Source: Candidatus Shapirobacteria bacterium
GTDB lineage: Bacteria; Patescibacteriota; Microgenomatia; UBA12405; BS750m-G30
NCBI GenBank assembly: GCA_043817235.1
Contig: JBDRHA010000006.1
Span: 78,401 to 142,400, forward strand
Direction: 5' to 3'
DNA length: 64,000 bases
Positions 10,739-19,277 of this stretch are shown in pieces. Position numbers and translations under genes: made by a program. Below the pieces are notes generated by a model. It was given only the letters and a program-made list of their open reading frames with translations, did no database searches and was not told the DNA's origin. Within the stretch, counting starts at the first letter, position 1; every line of letters starts with the position of its first letter.

Positions 10739-10924
10739 TCATGCGGAATCCTCCTCCTTTTCTTCTGGCGGTGGCTTGAAGGGCCACCAAATTCCTGTGG
10801 CTAGCAGAAGCCACAGGATGAGAAACGTCAATCCCAAAAGAGAACCGACGACTAGCCAAAAATCCGTCATGGTAGAAAGACGTTCGCCCATGAGACAGGC
10901 GGTTTCAACAAGAGTGAGACTCAT
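10739..10924 (-). CDS. Small hydrophobic protein (61 aa, one or two TM helices, Pro/Glu-rich tail)
   Basis: ATG preceded by AAGGAG, 7 nt upstream. Lies in a GC-rich segment. Confidence 0.5.
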   Translation of the reverse strand: MSLTLVETACLMGERLSTMTDFWLVVGSLLGLTFLILWLLLATGIWWPFKPPPEEKEEDSA

Positions 10925-10935
10925 TTTGCACTCCT

Positions 10936-11102
10936 TTAGCAGTTTCTGGTCCAGTTGACGAAGCCGATGGCCACAAGGGCTATGCCGATCATGACTATCG
11001 GGAACGAAGATTTAGGCTCTCCAGGTCTTTCCCTGAGACTTAGGAAAAGGCCGACGATAATAGTCAATATCCCAGCGATGATGGTGAGTTGCGACGCAGT
11101 CA
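10936..11102 (-). CDS. Small membrane protein (55 aa, 2 TM). Not in the supplied ORF track because it is under 60 aa.
   Basis: Translates to MTASQLTIIAGILTIIVGLFLSLRERPGEPKSSFPIVMIGIALVAIGFVNWTRNC. AAGGAGG Shine-Dalgarno upstream. Confidence 0.5.
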
Positions 11103-11104
11103 TC

Positions 11105-11305
11105 TTATCCTCCTTTTGTTGCAGTTAGAACTTGAAGAATAAAACCTGCTAGTAATACTAGCAGGCCGACCAAAAGGAAGAGCTCGCTTTCGAGCTCGAA
11201 CCTTTGGTTTTTCCCTCCCGTCACCCGGTAGATGACGGCGAAAATTAGGGCCAAAAAAACAAGCCCGCCTCCGAAGACCATCAGAGCAATCGGGAAAAAG
11301 GTCAT
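11105..11305 (-). CDS. Small membrane protein (66 aa, 2 TM)
   Basis: AGGAGG Shine-Dalgarno upstream. Tandem with the two genes above. Confidence 0.5.
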   Translation of the reverse strand: MTFFPIALMVFGGGLVFLALIFAVIYRVTGGKNQRFELESELFLLVGLLVLLAGFILQVLTATKGG

Positions 11306-11375
11306 CTCGCCCTCCTTTTTGGGCTATCCGCATGATGTTAAAGTACTGAAACCTTTACCCGCGCGATTGCGAGCA

Positions 11376-11434
11376 ATTTTTCAAATTAACGGAATTATAC
11401 AGGAAAATAGAGAAGATGTGTAGTTATAGGATTT
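11376..11434. repeat. Direct repeat copy 2
   Basis: See copy 1 at 9785-9842. Confidence 0.7.
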
Positions 11435-11723
11435 ATGAAGTATCTTTTAGATACCTATTTAACATGGATGTTATTGATCTTCTTCCATAGCCGCTTTTTA
11501 GATATATTTCTCTTTTTTTAGCATCAATTCTGTTTAGAAAAGCTTCGTAAAATATTAGTTTGTAGGGTAGGTAGGGTTTTGTGGCTTGGCTTTTGCCTTT
11601 ATTATGTTGGTTAAGTCGTTTAATTAAGTTGGTAGTATAGCCAATATATAAACTTTTATTTTTCTGACTCTGTAAGATGTATACGTAATAAAACATGGCG
11701 AGACGTAATAAATTGCTTTGCAA
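11433..11723 (-). CDS. GIY-YIG nuclease-superfamily small protein (UPF0213/YhbQ-like)
   Basis: 'YYVYIL...SLYIGYTTNLIKRLNQHN' GIY...YIG motif with conserved R and N. Confidence 0.75.
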   Translation of the reverse strand: MQSNLLRLAMFYYVYILQSQKNKSLYIGYTTNLIKRLNQHNKGKSQATKPYLPYKLIFYEAFLNRIDAKKREIYLKSGYGRRSITSMLNRYLKDTS

Positions 11724-11778
11724 TTTAAACGTCTCTGCAACGTTTAAATTTTCTTGACAAAGAAAATTTATTACGTTG

Positions 11779-11862
11779 CGGAAGGGGAGGGATTCGAACC
11801 CTCAAGCCCCATTGGGGCGCCGGTTCTCAAGACCGGTGGAATAGCCGTTATCCGACCCTTCC
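11779..11862 (-). tRNA. tRNA-Ser (anticodon TGA), long variable arm
   Basis: Acceptor GGAAGGG/CCCTTCC, discriminator G, anticodon loop CTTGAGA, variable arm GCCCC..GGGGC, T arm GAGGG-TTCGAAT-CCCTC. 84 nt. Confidence 0.7.
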
Positions 11863-11901
11863 TAAACAAACTCTAAAAACAATCAAAAATTAGTCAGTTT
11901 T

Positions 11902-11976
11902 TGGTGTCCCCGGAGGGAATCGAACCCCCAGTTCCTCCTCCGCAGGGAGGTGTTTTATCCGTTAAACTACGGAGAC
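11902..11976 (-). tRNA. tRNA-Arg (anticodon GCG, unusual; should be checked), genome-encoded CCA
   Basis: Acceptor GTCTCCG/CGGGGAC, D arm GTTT/AAAC, anticodon stem CCTCC/GGAGG with loop CTGCGGA, T arm GGGGG-TTCGATT-CCCTC, then ACCA. Confidence 0.6.
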
Positions 11977-12035
11977 GGATTCTTTATTCTACTAAAAATA
12001 AGTAGCATTTAGCAAAGAAAATACAGTAAAATAAG

Positions 12036-12899
12036 GTGATTATGATTAGCGTGATTATTACGGCTTGCGAGGAAAAAGAAAGCATTAAAAAGGCGCTGGA
12101 GAGTTTTTTACCCCAAATAGGCTCCAAAGATGAGATAATTGTAGTTGCGCCGGACAAAGAAACTTTAGACACAGCAAGTAAAGCATCAAATAAAGTAACT
12201 ACAGTCACTGATAAGGGCAAGGGCAAACCAGCGGCTTTAAATTTAGCTTTAAGCAAAGCGAAGGGAAAGATTGTAATTCTTTCTGATGGTGATGTTTGGG
12301 TAAGTGACAAGAGTGTAAAATATTTAAAAGAAAAAATTACTGATTCGGGAATGGGAATAGTAAGTGGCCGGCCGGTTTCTTTAAATGATCGTAATACGGT
12401 TTTTGGTTTTTGGGCGTATGTTTTAACTCAAGTTGCGGATAGCATTCGGCGGGAAAAAGATAAAAAAAATGAGTATTTTGATGTTTCCGGCTATTTGCTA
12501 GCTGCCAAAAGGGGACTACTTCCTAATCTTCCGGAAAATGTTTTGGCGGATGACGTTTACTTGTCTCAAAAGGTGTTTTGTCAGGGATTGAAAACTGCCT
12601 ATGCTCCCAAAGCTCGAGTTTACATTAAATATCCGACTAATTTTAAAGATTGGTTTAAGCAAAAAATCAGATCCGCTGGGGGTGCTAGTGAGCTAGCTGA
12701 AGCTCAGGCACAGCCGATGCGTTCTTTTATTAAAGAAGCAAAGGGAATTAAGTATTTTTTGGGTTTGCCGCAAAACGGAAAAGAGTGGTTTTGGCTGGCA
12801 AGTTTATTTTTGGCCCGCGCCGGTCTTTGGCTGCTGATTTTTATTAAACACGGAATTTTAAAAAGAAAAACTTGGCCACGGGTGGAGAGCACAAAATAG
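12036..12899 (+). CDS. Glycosyltransferase family 2 with a C-terminal TM segment
   Basis: 'ISVIITACEEKESI' and 'ILSDGDVW' (DxD-like) GT-A motifs. Confidence 0.75.
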   Translation: MIMISVIITACEEKESIKKALESFLPQIGSKDEIIVVAPDKETLDTASKASNKVTTVTDKGKGKPAALNLALSKAKGKIVILSDGDVWVSDKSVKYLKEKITDSGMGIVSGRPVSLNDRNTVFGFWAYVLTQVADSIRREKDKKNEYFDVSGYLLAAKRGLLPNLPENVLADDVYLSQKVFCQGLKTAYAPKARVYIKYPTNFKDWFKQKIRSAGGASELAEAQAQPMRSFIKEAKGIKYFLGLPQNGKEWFWLASLFLARAGLWLLIFIKHGILKRKTWPRVESTK

Positions 12900-12913
12900 A
12901 TATATTGGTTTAT

Positions 12914-13171
12914 TTAACTTTTTGTACCCAAATTATCTAGTATTTTTCTTAGTTGTCTTCGCCCCCAAGAGGTTTTGAAATGACTTTCACGACTAAAAGC
13001 CTCATGCTTATCTGCGTACTCTTCTTTATACCAGAGGATAAATGGAATTCTATTCTTTGTAGATTCTACTTGACCTGAGTTATGCAGCTTAATTCTTTTT
13101 TCTAAATCTTTTGTACATCCTACGTATGTTCTTTTATCTTTGATACTTTTAAGGACATAGACGGTATACAT
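12914..13171 (-). CDS. GIY-YIG nuclease-superfamily small protein (paralog of 11433-11723)
   Basis: 'VYVLKS..KRTYVGCTKDLEKRIKLHN'. Confidence 0.75.
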   Translation of the reverse strand: MYTVYVLKSIKDKRTYVGCTKDLEKRIKLHNSGQVESTKNRIPFILWYKEEYADKHEAFSRESHFKTSWGRRQLRKILDNLGTKS

Positions 13172-13219
13172 ATTTCACTGCGCCCGTCTCTCCGCCTTTG
13201 GCGGAGGACGAGGCGAGGG

Positions 13220-13292
13220 AGCTGGGGGTGGGACTTGAACCCACAACCTAACGCTTACAAAGCGATTGCTCTGCCGATTGAGCTACCCCAGC
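13220..13292 (-). tRNA. tRNA-Thr (anticodon TGT)
   Basis: Acceptor GCTGGGG/CCCCAGC, D arm GCTC/GAGC, anticodon loop TTTGTAA, T arm GTGGG-TTCAAGT-CCCAC. One U-U mismatch in the anticodon stem. Confidence 0.65.
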
Positions 13293-13300
13293 AAGATAGT

Positions 13301-13422
13301 TTTGTCATCGCGAGTCCCGCAGTTGCGGGACGTGGCGATCCCCATGAAACTGCAAATCCCGCACGGAATTGCTTCGTCTCCCGATGTTACGTCGGGATCC
13401 TCGCAATGACATGGACTTTGAT
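13301..13422. repeat. Dispersed hairpin repeat copy ('gtcatcgcgagtcccgcagttgcgggacgtg...tcctcgcaatgacat')
   Basis: Same family as 27395-27436 and 17705-17800. Confidence 0.7.
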
Positions 13423-13753
13423 AATTATATCAATTGAAAGAATAAAAGGAGGAGTGCTGGCCCCGCTGCGTCGGGTGCCTATAAAATCTCGCCCGAAGGC
13501 ACTAGAAAAGATTTTCCTCGTTAGAGAAAAAGTGGGTGGACTGCTCCCCGTCGCCAAGGCTATGGGGAGACTCCGTCCTCCCGAAAAAGATTTCGTGGAG
13601 GAAAAACTTCTTTCCTAGTTGTTAAAGCCTTTATCAGGCGAGACAATTCTATTTTAGATTGTTGTTGTCTCCTTGTCAAGTAGCATCTTTCCTGCTTATT
13701 GACAAGCAAAAAAATAAATCTTAAACTAAGACTATTATGGTATTAGTTTTTAA

Positions 13754-14140
13754 ATGCTGACGATAAAGAGGCAAACAGAGTATGCTGTTTTTTTGATTCA
13801 TTATCTTCATTGTCAAAACAAGGAAGTCTCTTTAAAGTTGGTGAGCGAGGCAACCAGCCTTTCTTTGCCTTTGCTGGGGAAAGTAGCCAGTAGATTAGTG
13901 GAAGCTGATATCTTGGCGAGCAAAGAGGGGAAGGGGGGCGGATATCGACTAAAAAAACCTTTAAAAAAAATTACTTTGAAAGAAATAATGGATATTTTTG
14001 AAACCAAAAGAAGAATTGTTTCTTGTTTTGCTGATGAGCAGAGCTGCATTGCCGACTGCCGCCTGAAAAGTTTTTGGCACAAGGTAGAAAAGGACTTAGA
14101 AAAGAGGCTGGGCCGAATTAGATTAAGCAAAATGCTTTGA
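13754..14140 (+). CDS. iscR: Rrf2-family transcriptional regulator (IscR-like)
   Basis: N-terminal wHTH 'RQTEYAVFLIHYL', C-terminal Cys cluster 'SCFADEQSCIADC'. First gene of the isc operon. Confidence 0.75.
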   Translation: MLTIKRQTEYAVFLIHYLHCQNKEVSLKLVSEATSLSLPLLGKVASRLVEADILASKEGKGGGYRLKKPLKKITLKEIMDIFETKRRIVSCFADEQSCIADCRLKSFWHKVEKDLEKRLGRIRLSKML

Positions 14141-15324
14141 AGATGAAGAAAAAAAGAAGAGTTTATTTAGATTATGCCGCTACTGTTCCGGTTTTTCCTG
14201 AAGTAGTTCAGGCTATGGCTTCTTATTGGACTACTAAATTTGGCAACCCTTCTTCAGTTCATTATTTGGGTCAGGAAGCGCGGTTGGCTATAGATCAGTC
14301 TCGGGCGAAGATCGCCGGGCTTTTGCACTGCTCTCCTTCGGAAATTATTTTTACCGGCACAACAACAACCAGTGTTAATTTAGCTCTTCAGGGGACGGCT
14401 TTAGCTTTGCAGGGAAAGGGGAATCACCTGATAACCAGCAGGATTGAGCACCAGGCGGTTTTGGCGACAGTGAAAGGACTAGAAAGAAGTGGATTTACGA
14501 ATACTTTAATAGGTGTCGATCAATACGGACAAATAAATTTAAGCAATTTAGAAAAAGCAATTAATAAAGATACTATTATAGTAAGCACGATGTATGCTAA
14601 TAATGAAGTGGGAACTATTCAACCGATTAAAAAAATTGCCCGGATTGTTCGCCAAAAAGAAGAAGAATTACAAACGAAAATATATTTTCATGTGGATGGA
14701 GCGGCGTGCGTGGGCTGGCTGGACTTAAATTTGGACAGGCTGGATGTTGATCTTTTTACCCTTGGAGCGCATAAATTCGGCGGGCCAAAAGGAATCGGCC
14801 TTTTATATGCCAAAAAGGGAACACCGATTAAACCGGTTCTTTTTGGCGGGCATCATGAAGCTGGTTTATGGCCGGGCACGGAAGCTGCGCCTTTAATTGT
14901 AGGTATGGCGAAAGCTTTGGAAATTACTTTGGATAAAAGAAAAACGGTTGAGCCTAAGGCTAGAAAACTGCAAGACCTGCTAATTAAGGGAATGCTTCAA
15001 GTTCCCCAGGCGGAACTTACAGGGCATCCAGAAAATAGACTGGCCGATATTGCTAGTTTTATTATTAAAGGAGTAGAAGGCGAAGCATTGCTTTTGTATT
15101 TATCTGATAAGGGGATTGCTGCTTCTTCGGGAAGCGCCTGTACTTCGGGCGAGCTTAAGCCTTCGCATGTTTTACTTGCGATGGGCATCCAGCCGGAATT
15201 GGCTCATGGCTCACTGCGCTTTTCTTTAGGAGCGGAAACCAGTAAAGAAGATATTGATTATGTTCTTGCTGTTTTGCCCAAAGTGGTAGAAAAATTAAGG
15301 AAAATTAGGAAGGGAATCAGATAA
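14137..15324 (+). CDS. iscS: Cysteine desulfurase (class V aminotransferase)
   Basis: PLP lysine 'GAHKFGGPKG', active-site loop 'SSGSACTSG'. Start overlaps the iscR stop (ATGA). Confidence 0.9.
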   Translation: MKMKKKRRVYLDYAATVPVFPEVVQAMASYWTTKFGNPSSVHYLGQEARLAIDQSRAKIAGLLHCSPSEIIFTGTTTTSVNLALQGTALALQGKGNHLITSRIEHQAVLATVKGLERSGFTNTLIGVDQYGQINLSNLEKAINKDTIIVSTMYANNEVGTIQPIKKIARIVRQKEEELQTKIYFHVDGAACVGWLDLNLDRLDVDLFTLGAHKFGGPKGIGLLYAKKGTPIKPVLFGGHHEAGLWPGTEAAPLIVGMAKALEITLDKRKTVEPKARKLQDLLIKGMLQVPQAELTGHPENRLADIASFIIKGVEGEALLLYLSDKGIAASSGSACTSGELKPSHVLLAMGIQPELAHGSLRFSLGAETSKEDIDYVLAVLPKVVEKLRKIRKGIR

Positions 15325-15707
15325 TGTATACCAAAAAATTAATGGATCATTTTCGAAGCCCGCGCAACCTAGGGGAAATCAAAAACCCCGATAGTTTTGC
15401 TCAAATAGGCAATCCAGTTTGTGGAGATGTAATGAAAATATACTTAAATTTTGTGAAAAACAAAAAAGGAGAGGACTTAATTAAAGATATTAAATTCCAA
15501 ACTTTAGGGTGTGCGGCGGCTATTGCTACTACTAGTGCTTTAACAGAGTTAGCTAAAGGCAAAACTTTAAAAGAGGCCTTAAAAATAGACCGAGGCAAAA
15601 TTGCTAAACATTTAGGTGGCCTTCCGCCGATAAAACTTCATTGTTCGGTTTTAAGCCAGGAAGTATTAAAAAAGGCAATCAAAAAATGGCAGAAAAAATC
15701 TCTTTAA
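15324..15707 (+). CDS. iscU: Fe-S cluster assembly scaffold protein (IscU/NifU N-terminal type)
   Basis: Conserved Cys triad (GNPVCGD, LGCAAA, LHCSVL). Confidence 0.85.
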   Translation: MYTKKLMDHFRSPRNLGEIKNPDSFAQIGNPVCGDVMKIYLNFVKNKKGEDLIKDIKFQTLGCAAAIATTSALTELAKGKTLKEALKIDRGKIAKHLGGLPPIKLHCSVLSQEVLKKAIKKWQKKSL

Positions 15708-15946
15708 ATACCAAATTGATTACTATTTTAGAAAAATATCCGAAATCTTCTAGATTTTTAATGGAAAAGTATAATCTTCATTGTTTCGGCTGTGCTTTGG
15801 CTTCTTTGGAAACTATTGGCCAGGGTTTAGGAGCGCATGGCCTTAATAAAAAGGAGATTCTAAAAATAGTGGAAAAACTAAATAATTTGGCCGATACTGG
15901 GGAAAAGAAGGGAAAGAATAAAGTTAATCGCCGACCCAAGAGTTAA
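15686..15946 (+). CDS. DUF1858-like small redox protein (hybrid-cluster-protein-associated disulfide domain)
   Basis: 'ITILEKYP...LHCFGCA' matches DUF1858. The start is taken at the internal ATG 15686, overlapping the iscU 3' end. Confidence 0.5.
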   Translation: MAEKISLNTKLITILEKYPKSSRFLMEKYNLHCFGCALASLETIGQGLGAHGLNKKEILKIVEKLNNLADTGEKKGKNKVNRRPKS

Positions 15947-16489
15947 GCTCAAAAGCGAATCCTGGCTTCCCAAAGGAAGAAAAAAAAGTATTAAAATAAT
16001 TAAGCCGTATTGATTTAATACTTGCCTCCATTCATCGGCAAGGTCAGCCGGGAGTAGCCCTAAAAATATTTTTGAGCCATCTAAAGGGCCAATAGGAAGA
16101 AGATTAAAAATCCCCAGACCTAGATTCATAATCGCCAGGGTAACAATAAATAAATAAAGCTCGTAGGGCATAAATGAGAAGAGCCGAGAAATAAGGGCTA
16201 AAAAGAGGACCATGATGATGTTGCTCGCCGGGCCGGAAAGAGCAATGAGTGCTTCATCTTTACGGGGATTTTTAAGATTATAAGGATCAATGGGAACCGG
16301 TTTGCCCCAGCCAAAGTGGAACAAAAGTAAAGCTAGGGTACCGAGCGGGTCAAGGTGAGCAAAAGGATTTAAAGTAAGCCGCCCGCTTAAGCGGGGAGTG
16401 GGGTCGCCCAATCGGTCGGCCATTTTTGCATGGGCATATTCGTGAATAGATAAAGCAATAAGTAAAGCGGCGGCAAAATAAAAAAACAT
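15878..16489 (-). CDS. Site-2 protease family (peptidase M50) membrane metalloprotease
   Basis: HExxH 'HEYAH' in the first TM. Polytopic. Confidence 0.7.
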   Translation of the reverse strand: MFFYFAAALLIALSIHEYAHAKMADRLGDPTPRLSGRLTLNPFAHLDPLGTLALLLFHFGWGKPVPIDPYNLKNPRKDEALIALSGPASNIIMVLFLALISRLFSFMPYELYLFIVTLAIMNLGLGIFNLLPIGPLDGSKIFLGLLPADLADEWRQVLNQYGLIILILFFLPLGSQDSLLSLTLGSAINFILSLLFPSIGQII

Positions 16490-16502
16490 AGCTTAAATTA
16501 AG

Positions 16503-16531
16503 AAAAACTGTTTGCAAAACACTAACACGGC
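16503..16531 (+). promoter_or_regulatory. Sigma70-like promoter for rpmB (TTGCAA, 17 nt spacer, TATAGT)
   Basis: Consensus-like hexamers with a 17-nt spacer, about 65 nt upstream of the rpmB ATG. Confidence 0.45.
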
Positions 16532-16594
16532 TGATATAGTATAGTATACAAGTTAAATAATGGGTAGTAAACCCCAATTGGGATATTTTCAAAA

Positions 16595-16861
16595 ATGGCA
16601 AGATGCAAAGTTTGCGGCAAAGGAACAACTATTGGCAGAACAAGCAAGCACCACCGTGGCGTGACTTCTCGGCAGTTTAGCAATCGGGCGCCGAAAAAAA
16701 GCCGGACTTTTAAAGCCAACATTCAAAAAACAACTGTTCGGGTGGGGGGATTAAAGCTGAAGCTTCGCCTTTGCGCCAATTGTTTGAAGAAGATGAAAAA
16801 AGAGGCTAAAAAAGAAGCGGTTAAAGCTCCTCAGACTTCAAAAAATCAGAAAAAGAAATAG
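16595..16861 (+). CDS. rpmB: 50S ribosomal protein L28 with a basic C-terminal extension
   Basis: 'MARCKVCGKG...SKHHRG' zinc-ribbon N-terminus typical of L28. Confidence 0.7.
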   Translation: MARCKVCGKGTTIGRTSKHHRGVTSRQFSNRAPKKSRTFKANIQKTTVRVGGLKLKLRLCANCLKKMKKEAKKEAVKAPQTSKNQKKK

Positions 16862-17672
16862 GCTTTTTCCCCTCCAGCTGTACTTGATCAATAATTAATC
16901 TTCCTTCTTTTAGATGCGTTTTTAGGATTTTTAATCTTTTTTCTTGATTATCTATTTTAATCTTAGTATATATTCCTGGCCAGGGGGCATAGGCTCTTCT
17001 TTTTAAATCTATTTCTTTACTCATTTCTTTTAAACTTAGACAGCCGTCTTCTTTCTTGATCATTTTGGTAAAAGTAGCTTGGGAGTGATTTTGAGGACGG
17101 GGTTTTATTTTTTCGGCCAAATATTTTTTGATTATTTGAGGAAGTTTTTGACTGGCGAAATTAAATAAGCGCTGATAAAGCTCGCCGGCTGTATCTTGGG
17201 GAAGTATTTTTTCTCTAAATTGGGCTAAAATTGGACCGTGGTCGCAAAGGGCATCCATTTTAATAAAAGTTACTCCGGTAATTTTTTCTTGATTAAGAAT
17301 TGCTGCTTGAGCAGGGGAGGGGCCGCGATATTTAGGGAGCAAAGAAGGGTGAATATTAATAATTCCGCGGGAAAAGAGATTTAGCCAAAGCTTTGGAATA
17401 ATCTTGCCGTAAACACAGCAAACTCCTAATTTAAAGCCAGGGCTAACCTTGTCATTGCGAGGAGGGAAGGTTTTTTGATCTAATTTATCCGGTTTAATAA
17501 TTTTTAAGTTCTTTTTTTGAGCAAAATCAGCAAGGGGACTGGGGGTTAATTTTAAGCCGCGGCCGGCCGGCCGATCAGGAGCAGCCACTACTAGTATCCT
17601 ATAGTCATGTTTAAGTAAAGATACTAAGCAGGGAATCGAATATTCACTTGACCCAAAAAAGACTAAGCTCAT
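16821..17672 (-). CDS. fmt: Methionyl-tRNA formyltransferase
   Basis: 'IINIHPSLLPKYRGPSP' formyltransferase motif. Converges on rpmB with an overlapping 3' end. Confidence 0.9.
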   Translation of the reverse strand: MSLVFFGSSEYSIPCLVSLLKHDYRILVVAAPDRPAGRGLKLTPSPLADFAQKKNLKIIKPDKLDQKTFPPRNDKVSPGFKLGVCCVYGKIIPKLWLNLFSRGIINIHPSLLPKYRGPSPAQAAILNQEKITGVTFIKMDALCDHGPILAQFREKILPQDTAGELYQRLFNFASQKLPQIIKKYLAEKIKPRPQNHSQATFTKMIKKEDGCLSLKEMSKEIDLKRRAYAPWPGIYTKIKIDNQEKRLKILKTHLKEGRLIIDQVQLEGKKPISFSDFLKSEEL

Positions 17673-17704
17673 GATCTATTTTATCATTTGCTATTATTTT
17701 CCTG

Positions 17705-17800
17705 TGTCATTGCGAATCCCGATGGTTCTTTTAGCCATCGGGGCGTGGCAATCTTTCCAACGGGATTGCTTCCCCCGCAACGGCGGGGTCGCAATGACAT
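17705..17800. repeat. Dispersed hairpin repeat copy ('gtcattgcgaatcccgatgg...ggggtcgcaatgacat')
   Basis: gtcattgcga...tcgcaatgac terminal inverted repeats. Confidence 0.7.
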
Positions 17801-17823
17801 AATCTCGTTTTCGGTCTTTCTAT

Positions 17824-17851
17824 TGACTTAATGTTTTAAAACATTAAGTCA
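17824..17851. promoter_or_regulatory. Perfect 28-bp palindrome TGACTTAATGTTTT|AAAACATTAAGTCA
   Basis: Exact dyad symmetry in the fmt/18090-gene intergenic region. Confidence 0.5.
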
Positions 17852-17858
17852 GAATATT

Positions 17859-17884
17859 GTTTCGATGTATCGATACATCGAAAC
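17859..17884. promoter_or_regulatory. Perfect 26-bp palindrome GTTTCGATGTATC|GATACATCGAAAC (copy 1 of 2)
   Basis: Identical 26-mer at 32393-32418. About 70% identity extends roughly 25 bp upstream in both copies. Confidence 0.6.
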
Positions 17885-18089
17885 ATGCAGAAGAAATTAC
17901 TGATGAGCTTGCTATTATTGCCGCTAAGCAGCTACTAGAATCTTTAGAGAACACAGCGGCAGGAAAGCCGCCCGAATTTAACCCAGCCATAATCCGTTTA
18001 TTTGAACCTGCGCCAGTTTGTGAAAAATCTTCGTCAAGAGCAAGAAGACTTTGACAAAAAGCGAAAATTTATGTATAAGTTAGCTTATA

Positions 18090-18656
18090 ATGGGAAGAAT
18101 TGAAGCTCGGGATAGTGTTGATTCCTTAGCCGGATTTAATAATATTAATCATAGTATTGCAGTCAGAACCCGTAGTTTTTGCGATGATTGCTGGCCTTGG
18201 GGTTTAGATGAGATAGATGGCAATGGAATATCAGTATTAAACGAAACTCTTTCTGGACTAATAGTTCAAGGTAGCTCAGTGGATGATGTAGACAAAACAG
18301 CGGCTGATATTTATAGAGATTGTTTTATTAAGGAAATCAGAGAAAGGCAGAATGGGGATGACTTGCGCGCTCAAGCAGTCCAAGTGCTGGGGCAATTAGC
18401 TGATGATGGTCCGCTAATGGGAAGACTTTTCTCTTCTTGGGAGATACTAAAAGAAGACGTTCAGGCTCTAGCTGCCCCTTTAATAATCGCCGTTTGGCTA
18501 ATCAAAGATCCTGATCTTTGCAAGACAGAAGAAGGACGAGAGATGCATAAAAAAGTAAGAGCGATTCTAAAACCTTTTGCCGAAGCGGCCAGAAAATCCT
18601 GCGAGAAAAAAACCGATAGAGACGGAGGCTGGGAGCTTCTTGCCCGCTTTGCGTGA
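18090..18656 (+). CDS. Hypothetical protein
   Basis: 188-aa ORF. No motif recognised. Confidence 0.4.
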   Translation: MGRIEARDSVDSLAGFNNINHSIAVRTRSFCDDCWPWGLDEIDGNGISVLNETLSGLIVQGSSVDDVDKTAADIYRDCFIKEIRERQNGDDLRAQAVQVLGQLADDGPLMGRLFSSWEILKEDVQALAAPLIIAVWLIKDPDLCKTEEGREMHKKVRAILKPFAEAARKSCEKKTDRDGGWELLARFA

Positions 18657-18668
18657 TAAAATAGGAGA

Positions 18669-19277
18669 ATGATGAAGGTTGTTCGGCATCCTAATCCGAT
18701 TTTGCGAAAAAGATCTAAGCCGGTTAAAGATTGGGGTTTGGCCGAGAAAAAATTAATTACGGACTTAAAAAAAGTAATTAAAAAAAGTCGTATTGGCGTG
18801 GGTTTATCTGCTCCTCAAATAGGAGTGAATAAAAGAGTTTTTATTGGCCAAAAACAAGTATTTTTCCCTAAAGAACAGGAGTTTTCAATTTTTATTAATC
18901 CGATAATTGAAAAAACTTTTGGCCGAAAAGTTTATCCTTTGATGGCAGATGAAAAGGGAAACAGCGAGGAATTTTTGGAAGGCTGTTTGTCTTTTCCTGA
19001 TCTTTATGGACCGATAAAACGCTATTTAAAAATTAGCGTGAGTTTTTATCAGCCGACTGGTAAAGGAAACTTAGAAAAACAAAAAGCCCAGCTTGAAGGA
19101 CTAGGGGCAATTGTTTTTCAGCATGAACTTGACCATTTGAACGGGGTTTTGTTTGTGGATTATCTAAAAAAGGAAAAAAAGGATTTGTATAAAATAAGCA
19201 AGGATGGGGAAAGAACTAAAATTGATCTTAAAGGCTATGCTAGAATAGAAGACGATGTCTTCTGTCAGGCTAAATAA
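18669..19277 (+). CDS. def: Peptide deformylase
   Basis: Motifs 'GVGLSAPQIG', 'EGCLSFP', 'QHELDHLNG'. Confidence 0.9.
   Translation: MMKVVRHPNPILRKRSKPVKDWGLAEKKLITDLKKVIKKSRIGVGLSAPQIGVNKRVFIGQKQVFFPKEQEFSIFINPIIEKTFGRKVYPLMADEKGNSEEFLEGCLSFPDLYGPIKRYLKISVSFYQPTGKGNLEKQKAQLEGLGAIVFQHELDHLNGVLFVDYLKKEKKDLYKISKDGERTKIDLKGYARIEDDVFCQAK

Noticed and set aside
13235-13618. 127-aa plus-strand ORF
   Set aside because: It overlaps tRNA-Thr(TGT) and a dispersed hairpin repeat copy. Spurious.
17857-18054. 65-aa ORF beginning inside the 26-bp palindrome
   Set aside because: It starts at a TTG within the palindrome, has no ATG or Shine-Dalgarno, and has no features. It is more likely non-coding regulatory DNA.
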